Source: Lytechinus pictus (lineage: Eukaryota). From it: a stretch of DNA of 64,000 nucleotides. Below are positions 1 through 13,477 of this stretch, piece after piece; the stretch's first letter is position 1, and each line of letters starts with the position of its first letter. The stretch covers positions 29,266,001-29,330,000 of the forward strand of contig NC_087251.1 in assembly GCF_037042905.1 (NCBI RefSeq), read 5' to 3'. Made by a program: the position numbers and the translations under genes. The notes under the pieces were generated by a model. That model worked only from the letters and a program-made list of their open reading frames with translations, had not been told where the DNA came from and did no database searches.

Positions 1-904
1 AGTAGATTTCATAATTATTATCAATGTTTTTACTATAAATTTGATACTCATGGCAAGAGTGGAATCTCATCTCTAATTAGAAACGAACAGCTTGGCAAAT
101 CGTTCACGCATGGCAGATTACAAATAGTAAATACTGAGACATATCGGAAACGACTTGCGCAGAAACTCACGGGTGAATCTCAACTCGTCCTTATTTCAGG
201 GATCAGTTGAATCAAAGAATACAAAAGAAATAATAATGAGCCAATCGTCGAATAAGCATGTTTGTCAACCAATCTTGACCAATTTTTCTTCGCAACCTGG
301 TTTTTGACATTGAAATCTCAAACTCATTTTGCTCATTAATGCGTGAAGTGTTCGTCACATATTAGGTATCAAAATAAAGAGGAATAATTGAATTATATAA
401 TTCTGTATATTAGATATAATAATTCATTTGCCTTTGAAGAAAAAAAAAGACATGGGAATCCCAGTTTTCTTTTTTCTGGGACGCGCTGTAAAACAAGAAT
501 GTGCAATCAAAATGTTGCCATCTAGGTTAGAAATTGGGTTGGGAGTATCATCTGTATGAATATTGCAGGACAAGAGCTGGTGGTATTCAATGTGGCTATG
601 AAACTTCGCTTTTTAAAAGGAAACCAAATTCCGAGGAGCTTTTCTAGCACAAATAGAATATCCTTCCATAGGCTCATGTGCGATGGTATAGTTTTGATGA
701 TGATAATAACATGCATATTATGTTTCGAAACGCTCTGTATACTATTATTCTGAGGATTATTTCGTCAACATTTCCGTCCGATAAGCTTTTTGATCTGACA
801 ACTTTCCTTGATTATGATTGGCTGAGGAGCAATGTTACTATGGTATTAAACTGTTGGATAAAATGGACTTGGTGGATAAAACGTCCAACAATTTCCTTTC
901 ATGA

Positions 905-1110
905 AACGCCCCCTGGCTTTAGTACTGCAACCATGATCAGGCACTTGAGCATTCATGAAATTTATTCCATCCAGGCACTCATTTATTACACCAGGGTAGA
1001 GAGTAGTAAATGTAGGGAAACGCCTTGCCAAAGGACCCAGGTGTTGTGGTGGGATTCGAACCCTGTACCTCATAATTCAAAGTCCAGAGACTTTTCCACT
1101 GAGCCAACAC
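905..1110 (-). mobile_element. tRNA-derived SINE, degenerate
   Basis: Minus strand begins gtgtTGGCTCAGTGGaaaagtctctggactttgaattatgaggtacagGGTTCGAATCCcacc. These are Pol III A- and B-boxes at tRNA spacing, followed by a non-tRNA body. Left boundary approximate. Confidence 0.7.
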
Positions 1111-1562
1111 ATCTCTACAAGTACATACATGTATAATCTTTCATAAAACAAGAGGAAATAACTTGAATTTTTGATAAAGAAATATAATGGTTATTGGTTG
1201 TCATTGAAAAAAGGGATATGGTTGAAAGCATACTAGTATAAATATTTTATTTATATTAGAAAATGACTCAATATTCTAGAGGTTACATACATTATATCAA
1301 AAGACAACATGATCAAAATCTGCATCCTGTGTAAAGAAGCCAAAACTGTTTGAGTAGCCAAGGTTCAAAGTGAACATGGACCTTACTCACTGACATCATC
1401 GTGCTACCATCTTAAAGACTGAAGCCACTGCCTTGAATGCAATGGTGATCTGCAGTTGGCGCATCTCTGACAACTCCGTTTAAAAATCCTGTATCCTCTG
1501 AGGGAGGTCCCTATGAGATTATGACATCATGCGCATAAGGTCTACTTAAAAGGACCACAAAC

Positions 1563-4500
1563 CTGATCTCTGTCACCTCCAAAGCAGCAGCTCTTCATGG
1601 TACAAGAGTTATAATAGCCATCGTGGTTGAACTCCACAGACGGCACTGAACTGTGGATATCGTAGAGCACCGCCGGTAGCCTTCTCCGCAACGCAAGCAA
1701 CTGGCTACCGCTCTGGTTAAAACGCACACTCATTGCATTCATCTGGGTGTAGGCACTTCCGTATTGTAAAAGGCAACTGAGATGAAGAAATAAATGAAGA
1801 GGTACAGGTTGGTTTTAAAAACTCTATGTCTATGCGTGAGGAAAACAGCTTTGCCCAGTTCCAGTAAGGAAGTGTAAAATCCAACCATAAATAAAACTCT
1901 TAAAAACTACTGATATTCTGTAGAATAGAATTTAAATTGATAATGACAAATAATGTAAATGTACATTAAAGGTAAATATAGTTTGCTTTGACTAACAGTA
2001 CATATATTGGCCTATGATTAAAGATATACTGTATGTGCGATTATATCATTGGAAACTAAATTCCATTGCCAAATTAATTAGTGATCAAACATATGCTTCA
2101 ATAGTCAAACAACACAACAGACAATTTATTTTTAACTATATTTTTTATGGGGGGAGTGTGGTTCGAAATGAAAAATCAAGAAAAAGATTACCTTTTGGGC
2201 GCTCTGACGTCCCACAGGGCGATACCTTCTTTAGCATTGGCAGTGGCTAGAAACCTAGGCTCTTGAGGATGGTACACAACGGCATGGAATGCTGTCACAT
2301 AGTTGGCTAATACAAATGGTTCTGTTGTAATCAATAATGGTGAAGAAAACAAACAAAACATTAATAGTAAGAATGATTAAAAATTTTAATTGAGAATTAC
2401 TTGAGAACTTGATAATTACATCCGAACAAAACATTGATTTGAATAAAAAGAGAAAAATCAAACAAGCATAACACTGAAAATTTCATCAAAATCAGATGTA
2501 ATATAAGAAAGTTGTGACATTTTTAAGTTTCACTTAATTTCACAAAACAGTTATATGCACATCCTGGTTGGTATGCAAATGAGGGGACCGATGACATCAC
2601 TCACTCACTATTTCTTGGGTATTTTATTGTATGACATTTTCTCATTTTCTCCTCATTGTCTTGTGAGACAAAGTATTATTCCTCCCTGCACATGTGGCAT
2701 AACTATTGTTACAAACATGTTATGGTTTATTCAAATTGGTCCCCCATGTCATATCTGTAAAAATTAAAAAATTGTTTAATTCAAACAATAAAAACAAAAA
2801 AGAAATGGTGAGTGAAGGACACCATCGACTGTCTCATTTGCATGTCAATTAGTTGTGCATATAACTGATTTGTGAAAAAATAAGCGAAACTTTGAAATGC
2901 CATAACTTTCTTATTATACATCCGATTTTGATGAAATTTTCAACGTTGCGTTTGTTTGACTTTTCTCTTTTGAAAAGTCTTGCATTACAACATACATCTT
3001 TGAGTCCTTAACATTATCAGATAAAACATCCAACAAGCCACCATGTCATGGATCACTCCCAGAGTCCCAGGATGGATAACGTTCCACGTCATATATATCT
3101 AACCCTTTCTAAAATAGATACTAGATATTGATAGACCACTACTCAACATTACCTTGATGACTTGGGGCTCGGATGTCCCAAAGAAGAACCCTTCCATCTG
3201 CACAGGCACTGGCATAGATATTATCATTCCTGGGATCTACTGCTAAGCCATAAACAGCATCCTCATGTAAGAACAAATCTATCGCATCACCTCTGGGATA
3301 CAAAAGAAATCATTAGAATAATAATAAACAATATTGATATCAATAACAGCAACAACAATAATAATAATATTAATAATAATAAAATTAATAATGACAATAA
3401 TAATATTAATCTAAAAAATACTACTACTACTACTACTAATAATAATTATTATTATAATAGTAATAATAATCATAATAATAATAATTATAATTATAATCTG
3501 ACTTTATATAAAGCACCAAATTCACTCTATAGATTACTCAAGGACATAAAAAAGTAAGTAAATAATAAAATTATCAGGACAGGCTTTTATTACAGTACCT
3601 ATCCACAAGATGCCCATGATAGGCCATGATAAGCCATTTTCATTATGATCAAGAACACACATTTTTAAGCACCCAGAAGACCCCCCCCCCCTAAAAAGAC
3701 CTTTCAGTTTAGAAGCACGTCTGATCTACCTACCTCCTGGTATCATGGACTATAACTTGATCATCATTCCCTCCCGAGTAAATCTTTCCATTCTCATTAT
3801 CAAAAGCCAAACAGAAGATGTTTGAGTGGTGCTCTCCCTTCATGCTACGTGGTTCATATTTTACGTTGAGAGCTTCGTTCACATTCCACAGGAGAATACG
3901 TCTGTCATCTCCACCTGAAAGGAACAAGAACAATGGACAAACACTGATTATACAATTAAAATTCATTGAATACTAGGGCATAAATTAAAACAAGGCCATG
4001 CGATGTATTACCTTCATTAAATGCCCTACTGGATGGCCTCAATGCCACTTTCACTGGCCTTGGATATTTATGTTGCCCTTATAATTTTTCTTTCCTAATT
4101 GAAACTGTTTTTTTTTTTAAATTGCCCTTTTGAAAAGTTGACTTGCCCTAAAAAATGTAAAAAATTATATGCCTGGAATACACATTGAAATCTTTCAAGT
4201 TAACAACTCCAAGGATGATCTTCTTCTTTCTTTGGCTTTGATGGCAACCAGACAGAATTGACTATTTTGCTGCAGCTTTTAAAAATAATTCAATTAGCTT
4301 AATATTTTTCAGTTGTTTTCTTTCTCATTTATTTTTCCCTTTTCTTTCCTCTTTTTATTATTTTCGTTTTGATGTTGTTTTTTCTTCATTTTCTTCTTTA
4401 TAGGGATTATAGTGTGTGTGTGTGTGTATTTGAGTTTTGTCAGACGTGTATCAATCAGATATGATTTATTTACGTCTGGGACCGACCTTTAACGTCACCA

Positions 4501-6301
4501 TGTGAAAGACGTGACCAGGGCTCGAACCTCGAACCTCTGCATCAATTTGTAACTTCCCCACATAGCTTGGATTACAGGCGCACGCCACAATGCCCAGTTG
4601 TGAAATGCATCAATAGTCTTTCCCAGGTGAGATGTCTACTTTTAAAGTTCTATATTCTTTCTCCAAACTGAAGTTATTTTCTAAATTGTTACCCCTAAAA
4701 GAAAAATACTTTGTATTCCATTTTTTTTTTTAATTCTGCTTTTGTAATACAGTAGGGCAAGGGCTGGCTAACATTTCTGTTATTGTGGTCCCAATTAATA
4801 TCTCTAATATATATTTTTTTATTGCCTGTATAAAGCCATGTGCATAAAATTCACACAATTTTCCCAGGAAAATTTCCACAAATTTTCCAGCCCTTTGCAA
4901 CCCTAGGCTAAATGTTGATCGAATCAAATCAAACTTTTCAAAATGCCCAATCATCATTGTCCAATACTTTAGTCTGAACAACTGTGTAAATTTCTGATTT
5001 GACATTGGATTGAAAGGTTAATTTGACCTTTCTGTTCTTATTTTGTGTTATTTCATGCACCATCCCAACTCAGCAAATCTATTAGTGCGTTATCATAATC
5101 TAAAGCAATACAAAAGCCTCTAAAGGAATATATAGTCTAATAACTCAAGGTAGACTGTATATATGCCAACTTGTGGGCATGATTTTTTTTTCTACTGCAG
5201 AAATAACAAAAGATATTAAATTTCAATCTAAGGTGTTTGGTATATTTGAATAAGAGTTTTCATTACAGAAGAAAAATGTGAGAAGATAGGACATTATTCC
5301 ATGTTAATACTACAACGAATTCAAATTCATATATACATGTACTATTCTTAGGCCAACTCCTATTGATACCAATAAAGATGATATAATTATAATAATAAAA
5401 TGAAAATTATTTAATAACAATAATAATAATAATAATAAATGAATAAATAGATAATAAAAAATTAATAATAATAATAAAATGACATTAATAATTATTTCAA
5501 TTATATAAATAAGAATAATATTAATAATACTGATAAAAAATAATACCAATAATTAATAATCAATATATAATTACCCGATGATACTGATAATGCATGATGA
5601 TGGTGAGAAGCTTCATTCCAATCACAATCAAACCCAGAACTCAGATGTAGAAATATTTGAATAATTGTCAGCAGAGTTTAATGATTGATAATGATGCTGA
5701 ATGATTCAACATAATCAGATATGTTTAATGTTTTACTATCAAAATAATTTATTGAAATAAACTGCACATCTAATGGCCACAGGTTATCTGTGATTCATTT
5801 CCATATGCATTTGTACCACCACAATCATCAACACGCAGAGATCATTTCCCAAATCCCGCATCCATACCCATGCTAAAACTTAAGTTCAAGTTCAAAGTTC
5901 AAGTTCAGCGACAAATGATGATTGTTGAAATTGCAATCACCAAGACATTACATTAGCTTAAATCTCTGCTCAGGGCCGCATAAACTACATAGGAGTAAAT
6001 AAAACAAGCTAAATTTTTTGGAAACCCTAAGCTATACTCCCCAAACAAACCCTGCTTGTTCAATTTCCTCACCTGATGCAAGATAATCTCCGCCTCTATT
6101 GCTGAACTCAATGGCGTTGACACAGCCGTAGTGCCCCAATAAATTGAGTCGATAGAATGGCTCTTTCCTGTGCATTGCATTGATGCGGCTGTTCAACACT
6201 ATTCTCGGTAAACTTGTGCAGCCATTCTGCTGTCGACGAGATATCATATGAGACAGTTCCGTCGCCTTTTCATAGCATGTGTGTGTCTTAAATCCCTCCA
6301 T
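1563..6301 (-). CDS. DCAF5: DDB1- and CUL4-associated factor 5 (WD40 substrate receptor), 5' part; gene continues left beyond the window
   Basis: Hand-spliced exons 6301-6073, 3914-3734, 3292-3153, 2321-2192 and 1776-1563. All introns are GT-AG and the phases are consistent (894 nt = 298 codons). Translation includes LLGHYGCVNAIEFSN-GGDYLASGGDDRRILLW, GEHHSNIFCLAF, HEDAVYGL, EPRFLATANAKEGIALWD, AMSVRFN-SGSQLLALRRRLP and YNSCTMKSCCFGGDRDQ, which closely match vertebrate DCAF5 as I recall it. The next exon was not found in 1-1562. Confidence 0.93.
2430..2975. mobile_element. Palindromic non-autonomous DNA element (MITE) in a DCAF5 intron
   Basis: The left end (gaaaatttcatcaaaatcagatgtaatataagaaagttgtgacattt) is mirrored by the right end (aatgccataactttcttattatacatccgattttgatgaaattttc). 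A related diverged copy lies at ~30440-30870. Boundaries approximate. Confidence 0.6.
3318..3496. repeat. (AAT)n / (ACT)n microsatellite
   Basis: Direct reading. It explains the poly-Asn ORF 3162-3557. Confidence 0.9.
4412..4598 (-). mobile_element. SINE-like element with 7SL/Alu-domain-like 5' head and (CA)n tail
   Basis: Minus strand reads ctgggcattgtggcgtgcgcctgtaatccaagctatgtgggg, resembling the 5' end of 7SL RNA. It continues with a B-box-like ggttcgagccc, an unrelated body (…gacgttaaaggtcggtccc…) and ends in (CA)n. Confidence 0.65.
5380..5570. repeat. Degenerate (AAT)n low-complexity tract
   Basis: Direct reading. Confidence 0.85.
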
Positions 6302-6490
6302 GTTTTCCTTACTTCCGAGTAAGAAGGAAAAGGCTAAGTCATGAAGGCGATTCTCAGCTTTTTACGAAAGATTTTCTCTCGAGTCGTCGCTTGCTCTACC
6401 AGACCAGTTCTTGGATTGTTTACCTTCGGACACCAGGGGCAGCGAAATAGCGATGCGAACGAACATTCAGCGACGTCTGCTGGGTGGCGG
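6302..6490 (-). promoter_or_regulatory. Putative DCAF5 promoter / 5' UTR
   Basis: CpG-enriched stretch upstream of the ATG, with an ETS-like acttccg (6311-6317) and a CTCF-like caccaggggcagc (6431-6443). Inference only. Confidence 0.4.
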
Positions 6491-7883
6491 GGGGGGGGGG
6501 GGGTATGGATTATTATAGCCTACCGGTGGTAAACCGGTAATATCACTCTTTACCCCCCCCCCCCCCCCCCCAAAAAAAAAAAATCAATTGAATTTGGCAA
6601 AATAACGACATGAAATGATGACAATGAGCAACAATCACCAACACCAGATTGATGATAGACCTATAAGGGGCTACGACTATTTTATAGGGACTGGTCAGTC
6701 TTCAATTTAGTGTCGGGTTTGGGCGTACAGGTGGTATATTCTACCACAAATTTAGCTAATATATATTTTTTCTTTCAAATTGCTGTAGGCAAGCAAAATT
6801 ATTATCATTTATTTAGAACTCATCACGATCTTGTGTGATTTTCTATTGGTTCTAAAATTGGAAATCAACCCTCACCAGTATTCTTCTTCTTTTTTTTATT
6901 CACTTTATTCGACCATCATGAGGATAAACAAAACAAGATATTAAAACAAATCACAAAGTGACATGAACAAAACAAACAAAAATACATAGATGGCTCAGAC
7001 CCAAGGGGAAAGGGGTCACCTCAAAACATGAATACATTACAAATTCAAAGAGAATATTTCTATAGAAATAGTCGGAATAAAAACAAAATGAAATATAATG
7101 ATTAGATGGGGATTAGATCAAATTATTACAAAATTAATAATATTCTAAAATAGATTATATCAAATCAAACTAAACAATCAAATTAAATACTCCTGCAGCA
7201 AAAATGGGGTAGGGTGAGGAGGGGGAGAAGCACTATGGTATATCAATTAATATTACATGCATACGAACAGTAAATGGAAAATATATATAATTTCCCTGCA
7301 TAATAACCCAAACCTTGAGGAGGTTGAACTATTTAAAAAAATCATTTGAATTCTATTCCATAGATTAGAGAGGAAAGTCTTCAATTGACAATGGCTTAAT
7401 TAAAAGCAATAGAAGTTTGAACATGTGGAGGGAGTATAAGCATTTGCCAATTTATTGTCAGGATGGATTTGGACATTTGGAACAAAAATTTCATTAAACT
7501 GCTCAAGAGAGGTGGTAAGATTCTGGCATTCAATTCAATTCAATTAGTTTTATTTTCATTTTCAGATAAACATAACAAACATAAATTATACATACATAAT
7601 ATACAAAGCAAAATAAATGTCATAAGTTACACATAACATCATACAAAAAAATCGGTAAATAAATAGGTCGTAATTTCAAACACAATGATAATGGAATAAT
7701 TCAAAATTACAGGTCATAGTTAAGCTTAGTACATGAAACTATATGGAATTCAAAGATATAAGTTGTAATTAAGGGGATTGTAAAACATAAATGTTGTATG
7801 ACTATTATATGGAACATTTGAGACAAGTCTTATGGCTTTCTTTTCTAAATGAGTTTTGAAGGTGTAACCCCATACAGTTTTAC

Positions 7884-8139
7884 CAGGGGCGGATCCAGGA
7901 TTTTCCAAAGGGGGTGGCACATTTTCCTCTTTCACGAACAAATTCGACAAGCAAAAAAAAAATTCAATCCCAAAATAAGGAATTTTTGACAAGAAAAAAA
8001 AGGGCTTCCCTTTAAAAAAAAGGGGGGGGGGCACACTTGTGTTTTAACGGCATTTTTACATTACAAATTTTCATTGTGCCTCTCAAAGGGGGGGGGGACA
8101 CGGGCCGGCTGTGCCCCCCCCCCCCTGGATCCGCAAGTG
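7884..8139. mobile_element. MITE with GGCGGATCCAG-type termini inserted in the LINE remnant
   Basis: Starts caggggcggatccagg and ends cctggatccgcaagtg. Internal poly-G/poly-C tracts. Confidence 0.7.
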
Positions 8140-8939
8140 AGTGTTAAAGTAATATAGGTGAGGTCAGGCGCGGTTCTAGACTTTTTTTGGGGGGAGGGGC
8201 TTCTGGGGGCTTGAACATTTTCGACGTTGGTTTATACAACACAATGAAAATTGCTTATTGTGGATAGCCTTATACATACTGATCAAGCAGCTAGTCACCT
8301 TCCCCGGCCCCTCGTATAATTTTTTTTGGTATTATCATGAGAGGGAGCATAGCGACCGAGCAGAAAAAAAAAATCGCATTTTCAAAATGCTTGAGAATTT
8401 TTCATCTATATTGTGCATAAAGGCCTGATGGGTGTTATGGAGATGAGGACATTTAACGATAAGGGGGGAGGGTAGGACTAACTATCAGGAAATGGGTGTT
8501 TGTTGTTACTCTCTCCAGGCGTTTTTTATAGACTTTTAATGTAAAAGGTGTAATAGAACGTGACCGGATATAAGTATTGGGTATACGGAAAACATATCTA
8601 TTTGCTCTGCCCAATAAAAGAATCCATTGCAAAAATGTGTTTGAAAAAAAAAACATCTGAAAGCGCTATAAAACCACCAAAATTGACACAAAAATACTAT
8701 TAAACACATAAAATTGTGAATTTTTTGGTCTGCTTCACGTGCAAAATTCTGCATTGTAATTTGGCGCAGCATATAATTTCATGCATTTTGGGGTTTCAAT
8801 TTAGTTTAACTTCTCAGAGTGGTAGGCTCTACTAAAATTATGTGTGCGGTATCGAGCTGTAATTTCTCTACCAGGGGCGGATCAAGCTTTCGCCAATAGG
8901 GGGGGGGGATATTTTCGTCTATAATTATGTTTCCCGATC

Positions 8940-9985
8940 GGACATTCTAAGCACTTTTTGCAACCGTGAACATCATGGGTTTACGTATATCTAAACGACA
9001 TTGATGCAAGCGCGAAACGCGAGCTGAAAAATTTTGGTATTCTAACCTAAAATTTGGACATTCTAAGCACTATTGGTAATCATGAACAGGATGGGTATAA
9101 ACAAAGTTATACGAGCGCGAAGCGCGAGCTTAAATTATTTGATATTCCGACCCAAAGTTCGACATTCTAAGCACTTTATCTCACCATGAACAGGATTGTC
9201 ACCTTATATTTCTCAACATTTTATGCGAGCGCGAAGCGCAAGCTGACAATTTTTGAATTTCCGACCCCAAACTGGACAATCTAAGCACTTTTTGTAACCA
9301 TGAACAGGATGGGTATATATTTAAATAATTGATGCGAGTGCATAGCGCGAGCTGAAAATTTTTGATATTCTGACCTAATATTTTGACATTCTGAGCACTT
9401 TTGGTAATCATGAACAGGATGGTCATCTAACTTAGCAACAGATGCGAGCACGAAGCGCAGGCTGAAAAATTATGAGATTCTGCCTGAAAATGTTGACATC
9501 ATAAGCATTTTCTGTAATAATGAACAGGATGGACACCTAATTAATCGATGCGACATGCGAGCACGAAGCGCGAACTGAAAATTTTTGATATTCCGACCAA
9601 AAACTTGTCAATATAAGCACATTTTTTTTTACCACGAACAGGATGAGTATCTATCTAAAAAAAAATTATATTCTGATTTAAAATTTGGACATTCGAGTAT
9701 GAGCATTTTTGGTAATCATGGACAGGATGAGTATCTAACAAAACATTTTATGCGAGCGCGAAGCAAGGGCTGATTTTTTTTATCTTTCTACCCAAAGTAG
9801 GACATTCTAAGTACTTTTTTCTAACCATTAACAGGATGGTCACCTTACTAAACAATTGGTGCGAGTGCGAAGAGCGAGATGAAAATATCTGATATTTGAC
9901 CTAAAATTTTGACTTTCAAAGCACTTTTGATACTCATGAACAGGATAGGCATATAACTGTAAGCATTTGATGCAAGCAAACATGA
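8940..9985. repeat. ~80-bp tandem array (gacattctaagcacttt…catgaacaggatgg…gcgagcgcgaagcgcgagctgaaaa)
   Basis: About a dozen diverged copies read directly. The same unit occurs at ~12000-13450, ~17200-17440, ~40950-41700 and ~42850-43320. Confidence 0.85.
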
Positions 9986-10019
9986 GTTTGCCCCCCCCCC
10001 CTTCCCCCATGACGCCCCC

Positions 10020-10995
10020 GGTCAAACATCAAATTGGAGCACAAAGGTCGAATATGAATTTGGCGCCCCCTCCCTATATAGGTTGAACATGAATTTGGCG
10101 CCCCCCCCTTAGGTTAAACATCGATTCGGCGCCCCCTATGTCGAGCATCAATTGGACGCCCCTATGTCGAACATCAATTCGGCGCCACCCTAGGTCAAAC
10201 ATCAATTCGGTGCCCCTAGGTCGAACAACAATCCGGCGCCAACTATAGGTCGAACATAAATTCGGCGCTCCCTATATCGAACTTCAATTCGGCGCCCCTA
10301 GGTATAAGAACATCAATTCGGCGCCCCTATGTCGAACTTCAATTCGGCGCCCCTATATCGAACATCAAGTCGGCGCCCCTATATCGAACATCAATTCGGC
10401 ACCCCCTAGGTTGAAGGTCGATTCGGCGCTCCCTATATCGAACTTCAATTCGGCGCCCCTAGGTCGAACATCAATTCGGCACCCCTTGGTAGAAAATAAA
10501 TTCTGCGCTCCCTATAGCGAACTTCAATTCGGCGCCCCTAGGTATAAGAACATCAATTCGGCACCCCATGGTCGAACATCAATTCGGCGCCCCTATGTCG
10601 AACTTCAATTTGGCGCCCCTATGTCGAACATCAAGTCGGCGCCCCTATATCGAACATCAATTCGGCACCCCCTAGGTTGAAGGTCGATTCGGCGCTCCCT
10701 ATATCGAACTTCAATTCGGCGCCCCTAGGTCGAACATCAATTCGGCACCCCTTGGTAGACAATGAATTCGGCCCCCCCCCCGGTCGGACATAAATTCGGC
10801 GCCCCCTATACATGTCAAAAATCGATTCGGCGCCCCTATATCGAACAAAAATCCGGCGCCCCCTAGGTCGAACATAAATTCGGCGCTCCTTATATCGAAC
10901 TCCAATTCGGCGCCCCTAGGTCGAACATCAATTCGGCACCCCTTGGTAGAAAATCAATTCGGCCCCCCTAAGTAAAATATCAATTCGGCGCCCCT
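10020..10995. repeat. ~21-bp minisatellite (gtcgaacatcaattcggcgcccct[a])
   Basis: Dozens of tandem copies with some higher-order re-duplication. Same unit at 41720-42130. Confidence 0.92.
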
Positions 10996-13477
10996 TTCCC
11001 TCTTCTTTTCCCCCTCTCTCTTCCCCCTTTTCCCTTCTTTCCCTCCTTTTTTCTCCCCCCTTTTTCCATTTATTTTCTTCTTCTTTTTGGCGCCCCTTTT
11101 TCGCCTACCCGGTCCCCGAAACCCCCTCCCCCTGAATAAGTGCATGATTACCTATAATGTGTTTAATCAATCCGGGAGTATATAGCGACAGAGCCGTTTT
11201 CTTTAAAAAAAAAATGTCCTAAAGAATGACAAAAATTCGCAGCGCTTTTGAGAAAACACGGACAGGTTAAGAGTTAAAACTTTAATTTTATGGCATTAGT
11301 ATTGTTATATTCGTGGTTATAATTATATAGGCATTGGGAAGTTAATTTTGAAGAAAAAAAAGTTGCAAGGCAGTGTATTATATTGCAGGATATAATTGAC
11401 ATCCTATACTCGCGCTAACTCGTATTGAATGTATTCTGCATTTAGATTATATTTTGCGAGGGAGCGTTTAGCGACCGAGCGAGAAAATTTTCGAATTTGA
11501 GTTGTAAAAATTTTTGATTTTAGGAGTACTTGACGACATGAATGGAATACTGCATTAATCAATACATATCATATGTAAGAATACAGGGCAAACATTTTAT
11601 CTTTTTTTTCTATGTAGTCGAATTTTTTGGGGATCTTGAGCAATATAATTATAAAGATCAACCAGAATTGTATGAGGAACGAAATGTCTAATTTTTGACA
11701 TTTTCAATAAGATCGAAAAGTGTTCATTAATAATTACTCCTAAAAAATGAAAAAAAATTACTTGTTTTATGATGTCCATCAAAAGATTTGTTGCAGACAA
11801 ACCAATTATGTTCAATTTACTCATTCATTGTTTGCTGATGAGACAAGATTATTATTATTTTTTATATGTGACTGTTGTTTCATTAACAAAGAGTGAAAGG
11901 ACGAGACTTGACGAGTTATTAGCTATATACATATCAATAATATAAACAGCTTGCGTGAAAAAAAATTTGGTCAGTATATCAAAATTTTCAGCTCGCGCTT
12001 TACGCTCACATTAATGTTTATATCCATTTTTTAAGGATTACATAAAGTAAATAGAATGTCCAGTTTTTAGGTCTAAATCTAAAGAAATTAATCCCCGCGT
12101 AAAAATTGTTTATTCTTGTCCTTTATTATTTTTCAAGACAATCTTAAACTGTTCATTTTTTTACATCAGAATGTAACAAACAATTATCTTGCGCTCGCAC
12201 CAATAATAATTCCATATTGTTCAAGATTACAAAAAGTGCTTAAATGTCCCATTTTTAGGTCTAAATCACCAAAAGAATTCAGGTCGCACTTTGCTCTCGT
12301 ATATAGGCTACTTTATTATTTGTTTTTAAAAGTGCTTATTGTCCATTTTCAGGTTTCAGCTCGCGTATCATTCGTGCTCTCATTGTTCACGGTTACAAAA
12401 TGTGCTCAGAACGTCCAGTTCTCAGGTCAAACGTTTTAAGTTTTCACGTCGCTCTCGCATTATGTGATTGCTGAGTCACTGACAGCCCTTAACAGCCTTC
12501 TTCTCATGTCAGTTTATAACAGCTCGCGGTTTGTGCTCGTTTTGATCGTTGAATAAGATGTGCATCTTGATCATGATTACAAGAAATGCTTAAAATGTTC
12601 AATTTTCAGACTTGAAGACGTGAAATATAGAAAACATTGAGCTCATTCCCCGATCAGCCACTCAAAGTTGATTTTTGTTTGTTTATTTGAAGAGGCAGTC
12701 CTAACAGTCACTTCATAGCTTTATTCTTGTAAAACAACATAAATGTGTGATAATCTTATAAGTTTTATTTAAATAATGCAAGCGCGAGCTAAAATTTTTG
12801 GAAATTTCATGTATTTTGTCCTGAAAATTAAACATTCTGGGCAATGTTTGTGATCCTGAACAAGAATCTTATGTAACTAGATAATTACTAAGAGCGCGAA
12901 GCGCGAGCAGAAATTTTCAATATGCGTTACATGGCCTGATCGAAAAGGAACAAGGACTTTTTGCAGTTAGCTATAAAGACGATACATATTTCAACGATTT
13001 AATAATGCGAGCGCAAAGCGAGAGCTGAAAATTTTTGATATTCCGACCCAAACTTAAAATGGACATGAAGCACTTTTTGTAATCATGAACGGGATAGGTA
13101 TATAACTAAACAGTTGATGCTAGCGGAGAAAATGAGATTTCAGCCCTACAATAATTGGACACTCTATTCATGTTGGGTAAATCATGAAAAGGGATGGGTA
13201 ATTTGGTATTTTCTTACATTAATAATGCAAGCACGAAGGGTGAGCAGAATTTCTTTTATATTTTGATCTGAAACTAGGCCTGAAAACTGGACATTTTAAG
13301 CACTTTTGTGAATATGAATAGGATCAATGGGTTAATATATTTTAAGAATTAATGCAAGCGCAAATGGCGAGCCGAAATTTTCGATAAACTGTCACAAAAA
13401 TGGATTTCAAGGAATAAATAAAGATGTATACATAACTCACCAATCAAATTAAATGCGAGCGCACGGCGCTAGTTCAT

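Larger units (their letters stand above)
6880..11830 (-). mobile_element. Decayed non-LTR retrotransposon (LINE, CR1/L2-like) ORF2 C-terminal remnant, split by nested insertions
   Basis: Minus-strand peptide pieces FLGVIINEH…KIRHFVPHTILVDLYNYIA (~11745-11640), PHLYY (~8162-8148) and VWGYTFKTHLEKKAIRLVSNVPYNSHT (~7880-7795) join into the typical post-RT motif series. An A-rich 3' tail on the minus strand lies near 6880-6910. Confidence 0.6.

Noticed and set aside
1030..1110. Functional tRNA gene
   Set aside because: A and B boxes are present, but the sequence is degenerate and runs into a SINE-type body.
3162..3557. 131-aa Asn-rich ORF
   Set aside because: It is antisense to DCAF5 exon 3 and runs into an (AAT)n microsatellite.
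4189..4201. U7 snRNA 5' end-like atctttcaagtt
   Set aside because: The match stops after 12 nt, with no Sm site or terminal hairpin.
10020..10995. CRISPR-like array
   Set aside because: Units are adjacent with no unique spacers, the context is eukaryotic and there are no cas genes. It is a minisatellite.
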